Source: an uncultured delta proteobacterium
GTDB lineage: Bacteria; Desulfobacterota; Desulfobacteria; Desulfobacterales; JAHEIW01
Reading direction: 5' to 3'
Assembly (NCBI GenBank): GCA_963706575.1
Contig: CAVPNL010000006.1
Location: 64,001-128,000 of the forward strand
Length of the DNA stretch: 64,000 nucleotides
This document shows, piece after piece, positions 18,730-27,805 of this stretch (positions are counted from its first letter, which is position 1; every line of letters starts with the position of its first letter). A model generated the notes under the pieces. That model worked only from the letters and a program-made list of their open reading frames with translations, made no database searches and was not told where the DNA came from. The position numbers and the translations under genes are program-made.

Positions 18730-18884
18730 TCACCGAGCACCTTTAAGCCGATTTTCGGCCAGATCTATTCTATTCACCTAAAAGCTGGGGTTTTTACCAG
18801 AACCCTACTCAAAAGTACAGCCTAAAATTCACTTTTTTTCACGAATCGTTGTTTTTTATTAAATAATTAGCAAAAGAAGTTAAT

Positions 18885-18940
18885 ACCTTATATATGGTGT
18901 TGTTTAATTCTTGACATACAAGATGTGGTACATATATAAT
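18885..18940 (+). promoter_or_regulatory. sigma70 promoter overlapped by tandem NrdR-like boxes
   Basis: ACCTTATATATGGTG (18885) and ATACAAGATGTGGTA (18916), 31 bp apart; TTGACA (18911)-N18-TATAAT (18935). Confidence 0.65.
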
Positions 18941-19134
18941 ATCTCAACCGAAATCAACGATTTAATGAAATTTTTCTTTCGCTCAGCAGAAGCTCAACGT
19001 CGAAAATCACACCGAAAATACAGGTATCCTGAAATCGGCCAACCGAAAACTGACCCTAATTCCGCTAATTCAATAGAATTATTCTAAATTTTTGGCACAA
19101 TGCTGAAGCTTAGAAAACAAAGAGGCAAATAAAA

Positions 19135-19323
19135 ATGCAGCATCTGTTAGAGGTAGCGGATAAAATTCCCTGGGTAATGGCTCCCGCGTTAGTGATCGTC
19201 GCAACGATTGTCATTTCTGTGTTGTTCACTTTGAGAGGGTTGTTGCAACCGGCATCAAAAGCAATGATCGTTGCCGTGATGCTGGCAATGAGCGCCTGGG
19301 TAGTTATGATGCGAGCATTCTGA
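19135..19323 (+). CDS. 62-aa two-TM membrane protein
   Basis: Two hydrophobic helices; GAGG RBS. Confidence 0.55.
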   Translation: MQHLLEVADKIPWVMAPALVIVATIVISVLFTLRGLLQPASKAMIVAVMLAMSAWVVMMRAF

Positions 19324-19424
19324 GGAAATTCCGGCCGACTAATCAAGGCGCGCAGCAGGTTCGTCGCCCGGGTTCGACCCGATTTTAGAAATGCGGCTGT
19401 TTCGTTTATGATACGAAATCACCA

Positions 19425-19667
19425 TCAACCCACAATACGCAGGGCCAGATATGGTACCAGGTTGAACAGGAATATCGCTATTTTAAAAAGCGCCATGCCG
19501 CTATAGTGAATGGCATCGAACTTTTCAATCGAGATTTTAAACCATTTACTGTGAAACCGGTACATCCAGTCGTGAGCCAAAATGAAAAATAAAAGCCACC
19601 ATAGCAGCGCTATCCAGTTTATTACGATACACCATGCCAGTGCATCACGAATGATTTCAAGCGTCAT
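19425..19667 (-). CDS. Small membrane protein (DUF6868-like)
   Basis: WCIVIN..HDWMYRFHSKWF..FDAIHY..FNLVPYLAL; GGAGGAG RBS before ATG 19667. Confidence 0.75.
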   Translation of the reverse strand: MTLEIIRDALAWCIVINWIALLWWLLFFILAHDWMYRFHSKWFKISIEKFDAIHYSGMALFKIAIFLFNLVPYLALRIVG

Positions 19668-19763
19668 TGTCTCTCCTCCTTTTTTTTCAGTCCAAATTTT
19701 GCGCCTATAGACACCTCTCATCGCACTGCACCGGTCGGAACCTTCCCTGTGAAGCAAACAGCC

Positions 19764-19907
19764 TTAGCATTGATTTCCGGATAACATGTGAATGTCCCGC
19801 TGCGGAAAGGGTATCGTTATTCCGGCCTGCACCAGGGCATTGTAGACGGCCAGATTGGCCTGATACAGGGTTTGAAAATATTGTTTGGTCGGTACCCAGT
19901 AACGCAT
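19764..19907 (-). pseudogene. C-terminal remnant of an MscS mechanosensitive channel
   Basis: Hand translation MRYWVPTKQYFQTLYQANLAVYNALVQAGITIPFPQRDIH carries the MscS IPFPQ signature; no TM part. Confidence 0.75.
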
Positions 19908-20007
19908 GCCGAATATTTTTCTACGGTTGCGAGTTCTTCTTTCATGGGAAACCGCCGCACGTTAAGCAGTTTAATATTTACTGACGGTTTTTAGCAATCC
20001 TGTTCAA

Positions 20008-21615
20008 TTACGGTTTATTCACCTTTATAATGACCAGGGTAATGTCGTCTTCTGTTTTATGGCCATCGATAAATTGATTGATTTCATTGTAAACTGCATT
20101 GAGGATATCATCGGCCCCCGCCGCGGCGTTTTGGCGGATAATGTCCTTAAAACGCTTTTTGCCGAACATCGTTCCCTTTTTATTAAACGCTTCCCAGATG
20201 CCGTCAGTGCCGATGGCGATAATCTGCCCGTTTGTGAGCCCTTCGCGGCGGTTTTCAATGTATTTAAAGGCTTCATTAACGCCCAGCGCCACCCCGGTAC
20301 CTTTGAGTTCCACAAAAGTGTCCTGTTGCGGGTCATATAAAATGGCAGGGTCATGGCCGGCTCGCACCCAGTCGATATGATCTTTTTGCAGATCCACCGT
20401 TAAATAAAAAAGCGTCATAAACCGTCCGGTTTCTAATACATCCCGGGTCAGGTGAAGATTCATGGCGGTGATGATTTCCGACATGGTTCCGGGCTGGGAG
20501 GCGCGCATGCGCAAAAATGCCCGGGCCGATGTCATCAGCAGCGCGGAGTCCACCCCGTGGCCGGTGATGTCGCCCACCGCTACGGTAAACGGGCCGTCCG
20601 GTTTTTCACGTCGCCACAGAAAATCAAAGTAATCACCGCCGATTTCATCGCAGGATACATTCCGGCCGGCAATGTCGAGGCCGTGAACGTTCGGTTTGCT
20701 CTGGGGCAGCAGGCTTTTTTGCACCTCACCGGCCAACGCCAAAGCTTTTTTATGCTCGGTCATATCGGTTATGAAGGCCATGTTGCCGATGACCTCCCCC
20801 TGATCGCCTCGAAGGGTGTTGCCGTGTACTAAAATCGGCACATGCCGCCCGTCTTTGGCCACCACGGTTCCTTCAAACTCGCGATATTCTTTGGCCAGGA
20901 TCTCCTCCCGGTTGGCTGACATGAACTGCCTGAATTCATCAGTCGCCAGGTCAAAGGGGGTTTTGCCCAGGATCTCCTCGCGGGAAAAGCCGAGCATTTT
21001 ACAGTAGGCGTCGTTGGCCTCGGTAATTTTCAAATCTTCGCCCATGAGGATAAATCCCTCTCCGGCAGTTTCCACGATGCGGCGAAATTTTTCTTCGCTT
21101 TTGCTCACCTGTTCTTCAGCCAGCTTGCGGCTGGTAATATCCACCAGCAGGCCCTGGTTGAATATTTTGTTGCCCTGATCGTCGCGCACCACCGAAGTCT
21201 GGTCTTCTACCCAGCGGATCTGGCCCTCTTTGGTCATAATCCGATAAAGCTGGGTATATTCTTCGGCGTCTTCTTCCATGTACTGCTTGATTTCCTCACC
21301 GACACGCTCAAAATCATCGGGGTGCACAACATCTTTAAAATGGATCTTATCTTCAAGAAACTCTTCGGCCGTATACCCCATCTGGCGGATGTTGTCGGAA
21401 ACATACACCAGGCGAGGTTTGTCACCGGCCACCCGCCGAAAGAGAACCACCGGGCTGTTGTCGATGATCACCTGGGCCAGACGAAGTTCTTCTTCGGCAC
21501 GATCGTGCAATATGCATTCTTTTTCAAAAGAACTTGTGTGCTCTTTAAATTGCGTCTTGAGGGCCGTTAATTCCCTGATGAGTTCGTCTTTGGTTTTGTT
21601 TTTGTCGGATTTCAT
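20008..21615 (-). CDS. PAS-PAS-SpoIIE (PP2C/RsbU-like) phosphatase
   Basis: Two PAS domains; GGDYFD, GDITGHG, TDG and DDIT motifs. Confidence 0.92.
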   Translation of the reverse strand: MKSDKNKTKDELIRELTALKTQFKEHTSSFEKECILHDRAEEELRLAQVIIDNSPVVLFRRVAGDKPRLVYVSDNIRQMGYTAEEFLEDKIHFKDVVHPDDFERVGEEIKQYMEEDAEEYTQLYRIMTKEGQIRWVEDQTSVVRDDQGNKIFNQGLLVDITSRKLAEEQVSKSEEKFRRIVETAGEGFILMGEDLKITEANDAYCKMLGFSREEILGKTPFDLATDEFRQFMSANREEILAKEYREFEGTVVAKDGRHVPILVHGNTLRGDQGEVIGNMAFITDMTEHKKALALAGEVQKSLLPQSKPNVHGLDIAGRNVSCDEIGGDYFDFLWRREKPDGPFTVAVGDITGHGVDSALLMTSARAFLRMRASQPGTMSEIITAMNLHLTRDVLETGRFMTLFYLTVDLQKDHIDWVRAGHDPAILYDPQQDTFVELKGTGVALGVNEAFKYIENRREGLTNGQIIAIGTDGIWEAFNKKGTMFGKKRFKDIIRQNAAAGADDILNAVYNEINQFIDGHKTEDDITLVIIKVNKP

Positions 21616-21785
21616 AATTCTTACCCATTTAATTCGGATACGTTTTTACTTCAATCGACCGGAAGTATTTTATTTAAAACTATTACCTCTAAATTAGCAG
21701 GTCAACCGTTGAGAAAGGATAGAGTAGAAAAGTATAGCTTATCAATGGTTTTCTTTTGAGCATTCGAGCCGAATTTTTATAACCA

Positions 21786-21805
21786 ATTAGACCGGTCGGT
21801 CTAAT
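21786..21805. promoter_or_regulatory. TetR (NemR-like) operator, downstream copy
   Basis: Palindrome ATTAGACCGGTCGGTCTAAT. Confidence 0.75.
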
Positions 21806-21854
21806 ATGAGTAAAAGATATTCCGCCATTTGTTTGGCCGCAGCACCACTTATGG

Positions 21855-22436
21855 TCACTTTTTTAAGATGTAATCAAAAATAAATTTACGGTGATTTTTA
21901 AGGGGAGCCAGGTTTTGAGACAGCTTCATCTGTATGATAGCGCCATGCCAACTGGCGATGATGAAACTGGCCGTGTCATTTATATTTAAACTTTTCAGTA
22001 TTTTGCGATCGTTCTGAGCCGCTACCAACACCTGGCTGTAAGCGTCGACCATCATATCGATGGCTTCGCTGAGTTTTTTGCGAAAGATCGGGCTTAAGTC
22101 CCCCATTTCTTGTGCGAGATTGCCGATGGGGCAGCCGCCGGAAAAGTTTTGGGATTCAAAGTATTCCATGAAGGCGCTTAAAAACCGATAGATCCGGTTG
22201 AGCGGTGAAACCCGGGTGTCTTCCAGTGTTTCTTTGGCAATCCGCTTAAAGTGGGCCGAAAAATAATCAATAACTTGAAGCCCAAACTCGTCTTTGCTTT
22301 TGAAATAATTATAAAAAGATCCTTTGGGCACATTGGCGGCATTCAGGATTTCCTGGATACCGGTATGGTTAAATCCCTTGCGATGGATGATTTCGGCCCC
22401 GGTTTCAATGATCCTGTCTCTGGTATTGGCTTGCAT
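21855..22436 (-). CDS. TetR family regulator (NemR-like)
   Basis: GFNHTGIQEIL..VPKGSFYNYFKSK; GGCPIGNLAQE. Confidence 0.92.
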   Translation of the reverse strand: MQANTRDRIIETGAEIIHRKGFNHTGIQEILNAANVPKGSFYNYFKSKDEFGLQVIDYFSAHFKRIAKETLEDTRVSPLNRIYRFLSAFMEYFESQNFSGGCPIGNLAQEMGDLSPIFRKKLSEAIDMMVDAYSQVLVAAQNDRKILKSLNINDTASFIIASWHGAIIQMKLSQNLAPLKNHRKFIFDYILKK

Positions 22437-22482
22437 GCGGATCTCCCCATTGGTGTTTTTACGGAAATGTTATTGTTCATAC

Positions 22483-22511
22483 AAAATAGACCGGTCGTCT
22501 CGATTTGTCAA
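22483..22511 (-). promoter_or_regulatory. Promoter of the TetR gene with its operator in the spacer
   Basis: Minus strand TTGACA-N17-TATTTT; spacer contains TAGACCGGTCGTCT (+ strand 22487-22500). Confidence 0.7.
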
Positions 22512-22582
22512 GTTTTTTGCCCGAACAAAAATCGGGGTTTTCATTTTGAAAAATACTTGACAAATAGTTGAATTAGTATTAT

Positions 22583-22606
22583 TTAAGTATATACTAAAAT
22601 ACTTAA
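22583..22606. promoter_or_regulatory. ArsR operator, upstream copy
   Basis: TTAAGTATATACTAAAATACTTAA palindrome, downstream of TTGACA at 22557. Confidence 0.7.
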
Positions 22607-22623
22607 CTTGAAGCTGGGATATC

Positions 22624-23037
22624 ATGAGTTTAGAACCTTCTGAAATGTTTAAAGCCCTGGCGGTTGAATCCCGCGTGAAAATAATTGATTTATTAAAATC
22701 CAGGGGACCCACCGGCGCAAAAAAAATTGCCGAACTGCTCGGTATCACACCGGCGGCCGTGTCACAGCATTTAAAAATATTAAAACAAGCCGGTTTTGTC
22801 AGAAGTGAGCGCAACGGCTACTGGATACCTTATTCAATCGATGAGGAAGCCCTGGAAAATTGCGGAGAAGTACTAAGTGAAATCTGCACCTGTGGCTGTC
22901 AGGGAACCGGCGATTTCAGGGAAAAAGAACTGGCGAGTTCAAGTTTGGAATCTCTCCGAAAATATGAGCATGAAATCGAAAATGAGCTTAGAATCGTCCG
23001 CGATCGGATAAAAGAACTTAAATCAAGTGATAATTAG
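22624..23037 (+). CDS. ArsR/SmtB regulator with a C-terminal CTCGC motif and coiled-coil tail
   Basis: FKALAVESR, AVSQHLKIL; ENC..EICTCGC. Confidence 0.9.
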   Translation: MSLEPSEMFKALAVESRVKIIDLLKSRGPTGAKKIAELLGITPAAVSQHLKILKQAGFVRSERNGYWIPYSIDEEALENCGEVLSEICTCGCQGTGDFREKELASSSLESLRKYEHEIENELRIVRDRIKELKSSDN

Positions 23038-23059
23038 CTAAAAATTTTTAAGCTAAAAT

Positions 23060-23083
23060 TTAAGTGATTGCTAAAATACTTAA
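23060..23083. promoter_or_regulatory. ArsR operator, downstream copy
   Basis: TTAAGTGATTGCTAAAATACTTAA, near-identical to 22583-22606. Confidence 0.7.
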
Positions 23084-23110
23084 TCAATAACCGGAAAGGA
23101 GGTGATGAGC

Positions 23111-23212
23111 ATGGCTGGTAAAAAGAAAAATTGCGGCTGTGGCTGTATCGAGCAGAAGCCGACTAACCAGAAGGGCCCTAAAGGCAAAAAAAAGACCAAA
23201 AAAGTCAAATAG
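23111..23212 (+). CDS. 33-aa CGCGC, Lys-rich micro-protein (missed by the ORF track)
   Basis: MAGKKKNCGCGCIEQKPTNQKGPKGKKKTKKVK; ideal RBS GAAAGGAGGTGAT; GGCAGAAG/CTTCTGCC hairpin with U-tract downstream. Confidence 0.75.
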   Translation: MAGKKKNCGCGCIEQKPTNQKGPKGKKKTKKVK

Positions 23213-23300
23213 TTAGAGCTGAAAAGCGATGGAAAAAGAGGGCAGAAGAAAAAACGATCAGACAGCGCGACGATATCTTCTGCCTTTTTTCTTTTTTAGG

Positions 23301-23708
23301 TTATTTTCCCATCCATCGCAACCAGATGGCCGCAGTCCATCCCCAAATGGCGTTAAACACCACCACGAACAGAGGGGTAAGCATCCCAAGATCGATTCCC
23401 ATCATGCCCTTGTTTGCTTTCATCGGGAAAACCACGAAAAGCTGCACCAGGGTCGGGCCCAGGCTGAAAATAAAACCCCGGGACCAGATGCGCGTCTTCA
23501 GCATCGGCAGAAGAAACAGGATCCCCCAGATGCCGCCCCACACCAGTCGCGGATATAGCCATGCAGCCGAAAGTTTAGGGGCAATTTTTACCCCTAGAGC
23601 CGCTGTAATTCCAAACTCTCCGAAAGCCCAAACCGCCAGACTGTTGAGCAGACCTCCCAAAACACCCGCCGCAAACACCAGACTCGTATTCCTTGCTAAG
23701 TTAGGCAT
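23301..23708 (-). CDS. Four-TM hypothetical membrane protein
   Basis: Hydrophobic; WLYPRLVWGGIWG motif; AAGGAGG RBS before ATG 23708. Confidence 0.75.
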   Translation of the reverse strand: MPNLARNTSLVFAAGVLGGLLNSLAVWAFGEFGITAALGVKIAPKLSAAWLYPRLVWGGIWGILFLLPMLKTRIWSRGFIFSLGPTLVQLFVVFPMKANKGMMGIDLGMLTPLFVVVFNAIWGWTAAIWLRWMGK

Positions 23709-24088
23709 CTCGATTTCCTCCTTTGCTCTGAAAACTGTTCGCAATAAAATAATCATCTTTATTGCCAAGTCCAAAAAAACAAGCTCAAAAAGTGATTAGA
23801 AGTGGTTTGAAGACCTCAGATCAGGTTTCCCGCTTGCGGGGCAACGCAGCCATTGGGTCTTGGGTAACCGCTTAGTATTTAGCGGTCGTGTTTCACATAA
23901 AAAATGCGGTGCAGCAAAATTATCGTAAATAAGCTTGCTTTTTTAAAAAAGGGTGTTATGATTTAAGTAATCAATAAAGGCCCGCTCTTAATTGGCGGGC
24001 CGGTTTCGTTCTTAAGGAAATATCCATTTGTCAAAGTGGCACCCTGAAGTATGGAACTATGAGAATTATTTGAAAGGAGGATGTCACA

Positions 24089-24289
24089 ATGGCTAGTGGA
24101 ATCGTAAAATGGTTTAACAGCAGCAAAGGCTATGGCTTTATAGAGCAGGAAGACGGCCCGGACGTATTTGTTCATCATTCAGGAATCAATGCAACCGGTT
24201 TTAAATCTCTGTATGAAGGCGACAGTGTTACGTTTGACATTGAGCAAGGCCCCAAAGGTCCTGCAGCAACCAATGTAACCGTTGCCTAA
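24089..24289 (+). CDS. Cold-shock protein (CspA family)
   Basis: GIVKWFN, KGYGFI and VFVH RNP motifs; long 5' UTR after a TTGCTT..TATGAT promoter. Confidence 0.97.
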   Translation: MASGIVKWFNSSKGYGFIEQEDGPDVFVHHSGINATGFKSLYEGDSVTFDIEQGPKGPAATNVTVA

Positions 24290-24311
24290 GCAGCTGTTTC
24301 AAAGCTAAAAA

Positions 24312-24354
24312 AAGGGCATTCCCTCAAATTGCGAGGGAATGCCCTTCTTATTTT
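24312..24354. terminator. Bidirectional intrinsic terminator after csp
   Basis: AAGGGCATTCCCTC / GAGGGAATGCCCTT, 14-bp stem. Confidence 0.85.
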
Positions 24355-24478
24355 GTATAAAAGAAACTATTATTTCAGGTTCAAAAAGTTATAAGCCTTT
24401 TTGAAACTGTCGATTTTAGCGGATATCAAAAACCGCTGTCGCGCTTATCGGTCAGCCCGAATTTTGGGGCCAGGTCGA

Positions 24479-24709
24479 TCATTCCAGAATTTCAAGGACG
24501 ATGCGCCTTTTAGCCTTTCCGGATGCTGCGCTCAATATGGTACGGATCGCCTGAGCCGTCCTGCCGTGCTTGCCGATAATCTTTCCCATATCCTGCTTTG
24601 CGACTTTGAGTTCCAGTATCAACGTCTGACCACCCTCAACTTCAGTAACCGTTACCTCTTCCGGCCGGTCTACAAGTGCACGTGCAATTTCGCTGATCAA
24701 ATCTTTCAT
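24479..24709 (-). CDS. khpA: KH-domain RNA-binding protein (KhpA/YlqC family)
   Basis: [27 protein letters not shown] (GxxG loop). Confidence 0.92.
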   Translation of the reverse strand: MKDLISEIARALVDRPEEVTVTEVEGGQTLILELKVAKQDMGKIIGKHGRTAQAIRTILSAASGKAKRRIVLEILE

Positions 24710-25002
24710 AGCTCCAGGTCCTTTGTTGGCTGTTAAGTATTAAGGTATCCCGAGCATCGAGGATTTATCCGGAATTCCGCTCGATTTGGTCAGGCCACAG
24801 CATACCTGAAGTCCGGTCGGATGTCAAAAGAAGAAAATTCAGGGAGAAAGATTTAACATATTAAATATCGCTAGGTTAGCCCGTAGGAATTGATTTGTAA
24901 AAAGTGATCGGGTGCTATATGCCCCAAGGCGATGGCGGTGCAGCTGGCGGGTTAAAGATTGCCCTACCGGACGTTTGCCCTAAAATGTTTATATCCGGCT
25001 GT

Positions 25003-25086
25003 AAAAGAAGGGCGGCTCATAGGAGTCGCCCGTCAAGGAGGAGAACAGATGAAGGTCTGTAGGCTGCAGATGAACACCTGTCCTTG
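25003..25086 (-). ncRNA. Candidate ~84-nt sRNA with an anti-Shine-Dalgarno motif
   Basis: Minus strand TTGACA (25119-25114)-N16-TACTTT promoter; body has TTCATCTG twice and TTCTCCTCCTT; terminator GGGCGACTC/GAGCCGCCC-TTCTTTT. Confidence 0.55.
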
Positions 25087-25441
25087 ATTAAAAAGTAAGA
25101 CTTTGTAAGGATATGTCAAACCTAAAATGATTGATGGCTGATTCTAATCCGACGCAGGTGGATCTTCGACCTCGACAATCGCTCAATTTAGGTCATCCTT
25201 GATAAGGGCTGCTCGCGAAAGGTGCATCTTTGCGATAGGTTCTAAATCAATCGGGATAAGACCGTGATCAGCAGCAAGCATATGCCAAACCATATCAGAG
25301 AATTAAACCAGTTATTTTCTGGCAGGTCTTTTTTTTGTTTTCTTGCGGCAGACATTTTATAAGCCTTTAACTGAATGTTATCACCGGATGCAACCCGTCT
25401 GAAGCCCTTCATCGGACCTCAGACGGATTTTTAAGCCAGTA

Positions 25442-25939
25442 TTAGCGCGGTTTTCGCATGAGCGTCTGAGCCTGTTCCTGGGTGATGGTGCCATCTTCAA
25501 TACCTTTTTCAATCAGCTGACTCATAAGCTCTCGTCGTTTGGAGCGGTTTTCCATTTTTGTGAGAATGTCTTCTTCCTGCTCCGGCGTAATGGTTTTATT
25601 TAAAGCAGCCTGTTTAACCTGTTCTCTGAATTTAACCTGCATCACGCTGCGAAACGCCTGCCGGTCAATGTTTAGCTTTTGCATTACAGTGTGCATGCGC
25701 TGATCTTTGAGTTTGGCTTGAACGGCTTCCGCCGATTGCCCCGTCATCTCTGAAAGGGTCTGAACCATCAGGTTTTTTTGCTGATATTTTGCCAGCAGCA
25801 TTAGGCCGCCTGCTTTATGGCGGTGTTTAGATCCGAAACCCCTGCGATCACCTGCTCCTTGATTGTCCGCAAGCGCCAATCCGGAAAGAATGATACCCAC
25901 TACCAGAACGCAACTGATGATGATGTGTTTTGTTTTCAT
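25442..25939 (-). CDS. Periplasmic helical protein, divergent from the two-component system
   Basis: Signal peptide ending ALA; ITPEQ/ITQEQA repeats; AAGGAG RBS before ATG 25939. Confidence 0.75.
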   Translation of the reverse strand: MKTKHIIISCVLVVGIILSGLALADNQGAGDRRGFGSKHRHKAGGLMLLAKYQQKNLMVQTLSEMTGQSAEAVQAKLKDQRMHTVMQKLNIDRQAFRSVMQVKFREQVKQAALNKTITPEQEEDILTKMENRSKRRELMSQLIEKGIEDGTITQEQAQTLMRKPR

Positions 25940-26024
25940 GATAATCTCCTTACGGTTTGTTTTAAGATTTTGCATTGTAACCAGACGATATGTGTACACT
26001 GTGTTTAAGCTAACAATTAATTGT

Positions 26025-26185
26025 GTTGGAAATATGAAGAAAAATTGGGGAGATTGTAGAGATTGTGCCACCGGGATTTTTAAACCGACAGCACATTCGC
26101 CCCTAAAAAATGGTGCGGTTTAATTACATCATAGGAATCGATTGTGGAGAAAATATGAAGAACCGATGGGAAGATCATGAAGGAA
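26025..26185. promoter_or_regulatory. Two arrays of direct repeats, candidate OmpR/BaeR-type binding sites
   Basis: ATGAAGA/GGGAGA/GTAGAGA (26034-26062) and GTGGAGA/ATGAAGA/GGGAAGA/ATGAAGG (26144-26183) at roughly helical spacing. Confidence 0.5.
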
Positions 26186-26265
26186 GCAGTATTGTTTTGA
26201 AATCGGTCTTAAAGTATTATAGTAATTTATAAAACAACACGGAAACGCTATTTGAAAAAAAGACG

Positions 26266-27723
26266 ATGAATTTCAAACTTTCTTATAAAATTTTTGTGGC
26301 CTTTACCTTAACCGCGTTTTTGGTTGTGGCCCTTATGGTTGGACTCATAAGGTTTTATGTTGCCCGCAATTTTGCAGATTACGCCAACAAAGCGCTGCTG
26401 GAAAGATACAGCGATGTCTCAGCAGCTCTGGCCACCGAATATCAAACCCACAAGGGCTGGCAGGCGCTCAAGGATAACCCCAGACGCTGGCAGCAAATAT
26501 TGCGGTCCAGTCTGCCGCGAAAAGTTTTTGCCAATCGCAAACAACCGCCACGACCGCGCGAAATTGAAAACAAAGGATCCGGCAGCAGTGATCCAGGCAT
26601 GCTTACCCCGAGGCCTGCCAGACGAATTGAGAGACTGACCCGCAGGCTGGTGCTTTTTGATGCGGATAAACAGCACATTGCCGGCGGGCGTGCCGGGGTT
26701 TCCTATGACGGCTACACGCTGCAGGCGATTGCCATCGACGGCAAAACCGTGGGCTGGTTCGGTCTTCATAAAAAAGAACACCTGGCCAACCCGCTGGCGG
26801 TTGGATTCTTAAAACAACAATCCCAGATTCTTTATATTATTGGCGGCGGTATCTTGCTGCTGGCGGCAATAGTGGCGTTTCTTTTGTCGAAACACCTTCT
26901 GGCGCCTGTCCGCAAGCTCACAGCCGGGACACAGGCTCTGGCGTCGCGTCAGTTTGATACCCGTATCGAGGTTGAGTCCCAGGATGAACTGGGCCAGCTG
27001 GCCGCTGATTTTAATGCCATGGCGCAAACTCTGGGAAAATATGAACGCATGCGTCGGCAGTGGATTTCCGATATTGCACATGAGCTCAGGACGCCGCTGT
27101 CGATTCTGCGCGGCGAGATCGAAGCGCTGAAAGACGGGGTCAGAGAGATCAACCGCGATGCCCTGGACTCGCTGTATTCGGAAGCCTGCCATCTGAGCAA
27201 AATCGTAAACGATCTTCACGAACTGTCTCTGGCCGATGCCGGGGTGTTGTCCATTAACAAAGTGCCGGTTGATCCCGTGGCGGTTTTAAATGAGACCCTC
27301 GGCCATTTCAAACAGAGCTTCGCTGAGAATCAGATTGGAATTGAAAACAACCTGGAAAATCAATCCTCGGTTTCCATTATCGGCGATGCCGACCGCTTGA
27401 AACAGCTCTTTTCCAACCTGATGGAAAACACCCTGCGGTACGCAGATGCTCCCGGCACCTTGAAGATCGGGCAGGGGCGCGCCGAAAACCGATTGATTTT
27501 GTTTTTCGAAGATTCCGGACCCGGTGTTCCCGAGGAAGCCTTGGACCACCTGTTTGACCGGCTGTATCGGCTGGATCGTTCAAGAAGCCGCACCCGGGAA
27601 GGCGGCAGTGGGTTGGGCCTGAGTATCTGCAAGAGCATCGCAAAGGCCCTCGGCGGAGAAATTCGTGCCGTCAATGCGCATTCAGGCGGGCTTCGAATTG
27701 AAATCGAGCTGCCTCTTGCTTGA
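26266..27723 (+). CDS. BaeS-like sensor histidine kinase
   Basis: Two TM helices, HAMP (DELGQLA..FN), DIAHELRTPL, NTLRY, GSGLGLSI. Confidence 0.92.
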   Translation: MNFKLSYKIFVAFTLTAFLVVALMVGLIRFYVARNFADYANKALLERYSDVSAALATEYQTHKGWQALKDNPRRWQQILRSSLPRKVFANRKQPPRPREIENKGSGSSDPGMLTPRPARRIERLTRRLVLFDADKQHIAGGRAGVSYDGYTLQAIAIDGKTVGWFGLHKKEHLANPLAVGFLKQQSQILYIIGGGILLLAAIVAFLLSKHLLAPVRKLTAGTQALASRQFDTRIEVESQDELGQLAADFNAMAQTLGKYERMRRQWISDIAHELRTPLSILRGEIEALKDGVREINRDALDSLYSEACHLSKIVNDLHELSLADAGVLSINKVPVDPVAVLNETLGHFKQSFAENQIGIENNLENQSSVSIIGDADRLKQLFSNLMENTLRYADAPGTLKIGQGRAENRLILFFEDSGPGVPEEALDHLFDRLYRLDRSRSRTREGGSGLGLSICKSIAKALGGEIRAVNAHSGGLRIEIELPLA

Positions 27724-27805
27724 TACTATAAGTTATCTCAAAAATGTATAAAAGTAAGTGAGCTAAAGAAAAAACAGCTTCCCATTAACCTGGAAGACTC
27801 TAACC

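Noticed and set aside
19350..19385. tRNA (GGTTCG motifs)
   Set aside because: No cloverleaf, acceptor stem or D-arm can be built
19788..19994. 68-aa plus-strand ORF
   Set aside because: Lies antisense to the MscS remnant, which has a clear family motif
24900..24985. c-di-GMP-I riboswitch (GGGCAAAC on the minus strand)
   Set aside because: No GAAA tetraloop stem or GCAAAG continuation
25272..25290. sigma54 promoter on the minus strand (TGGCATATGCTTGC)
   Set aside because: GG-to-GC spacing is 9 nt, not the required 10
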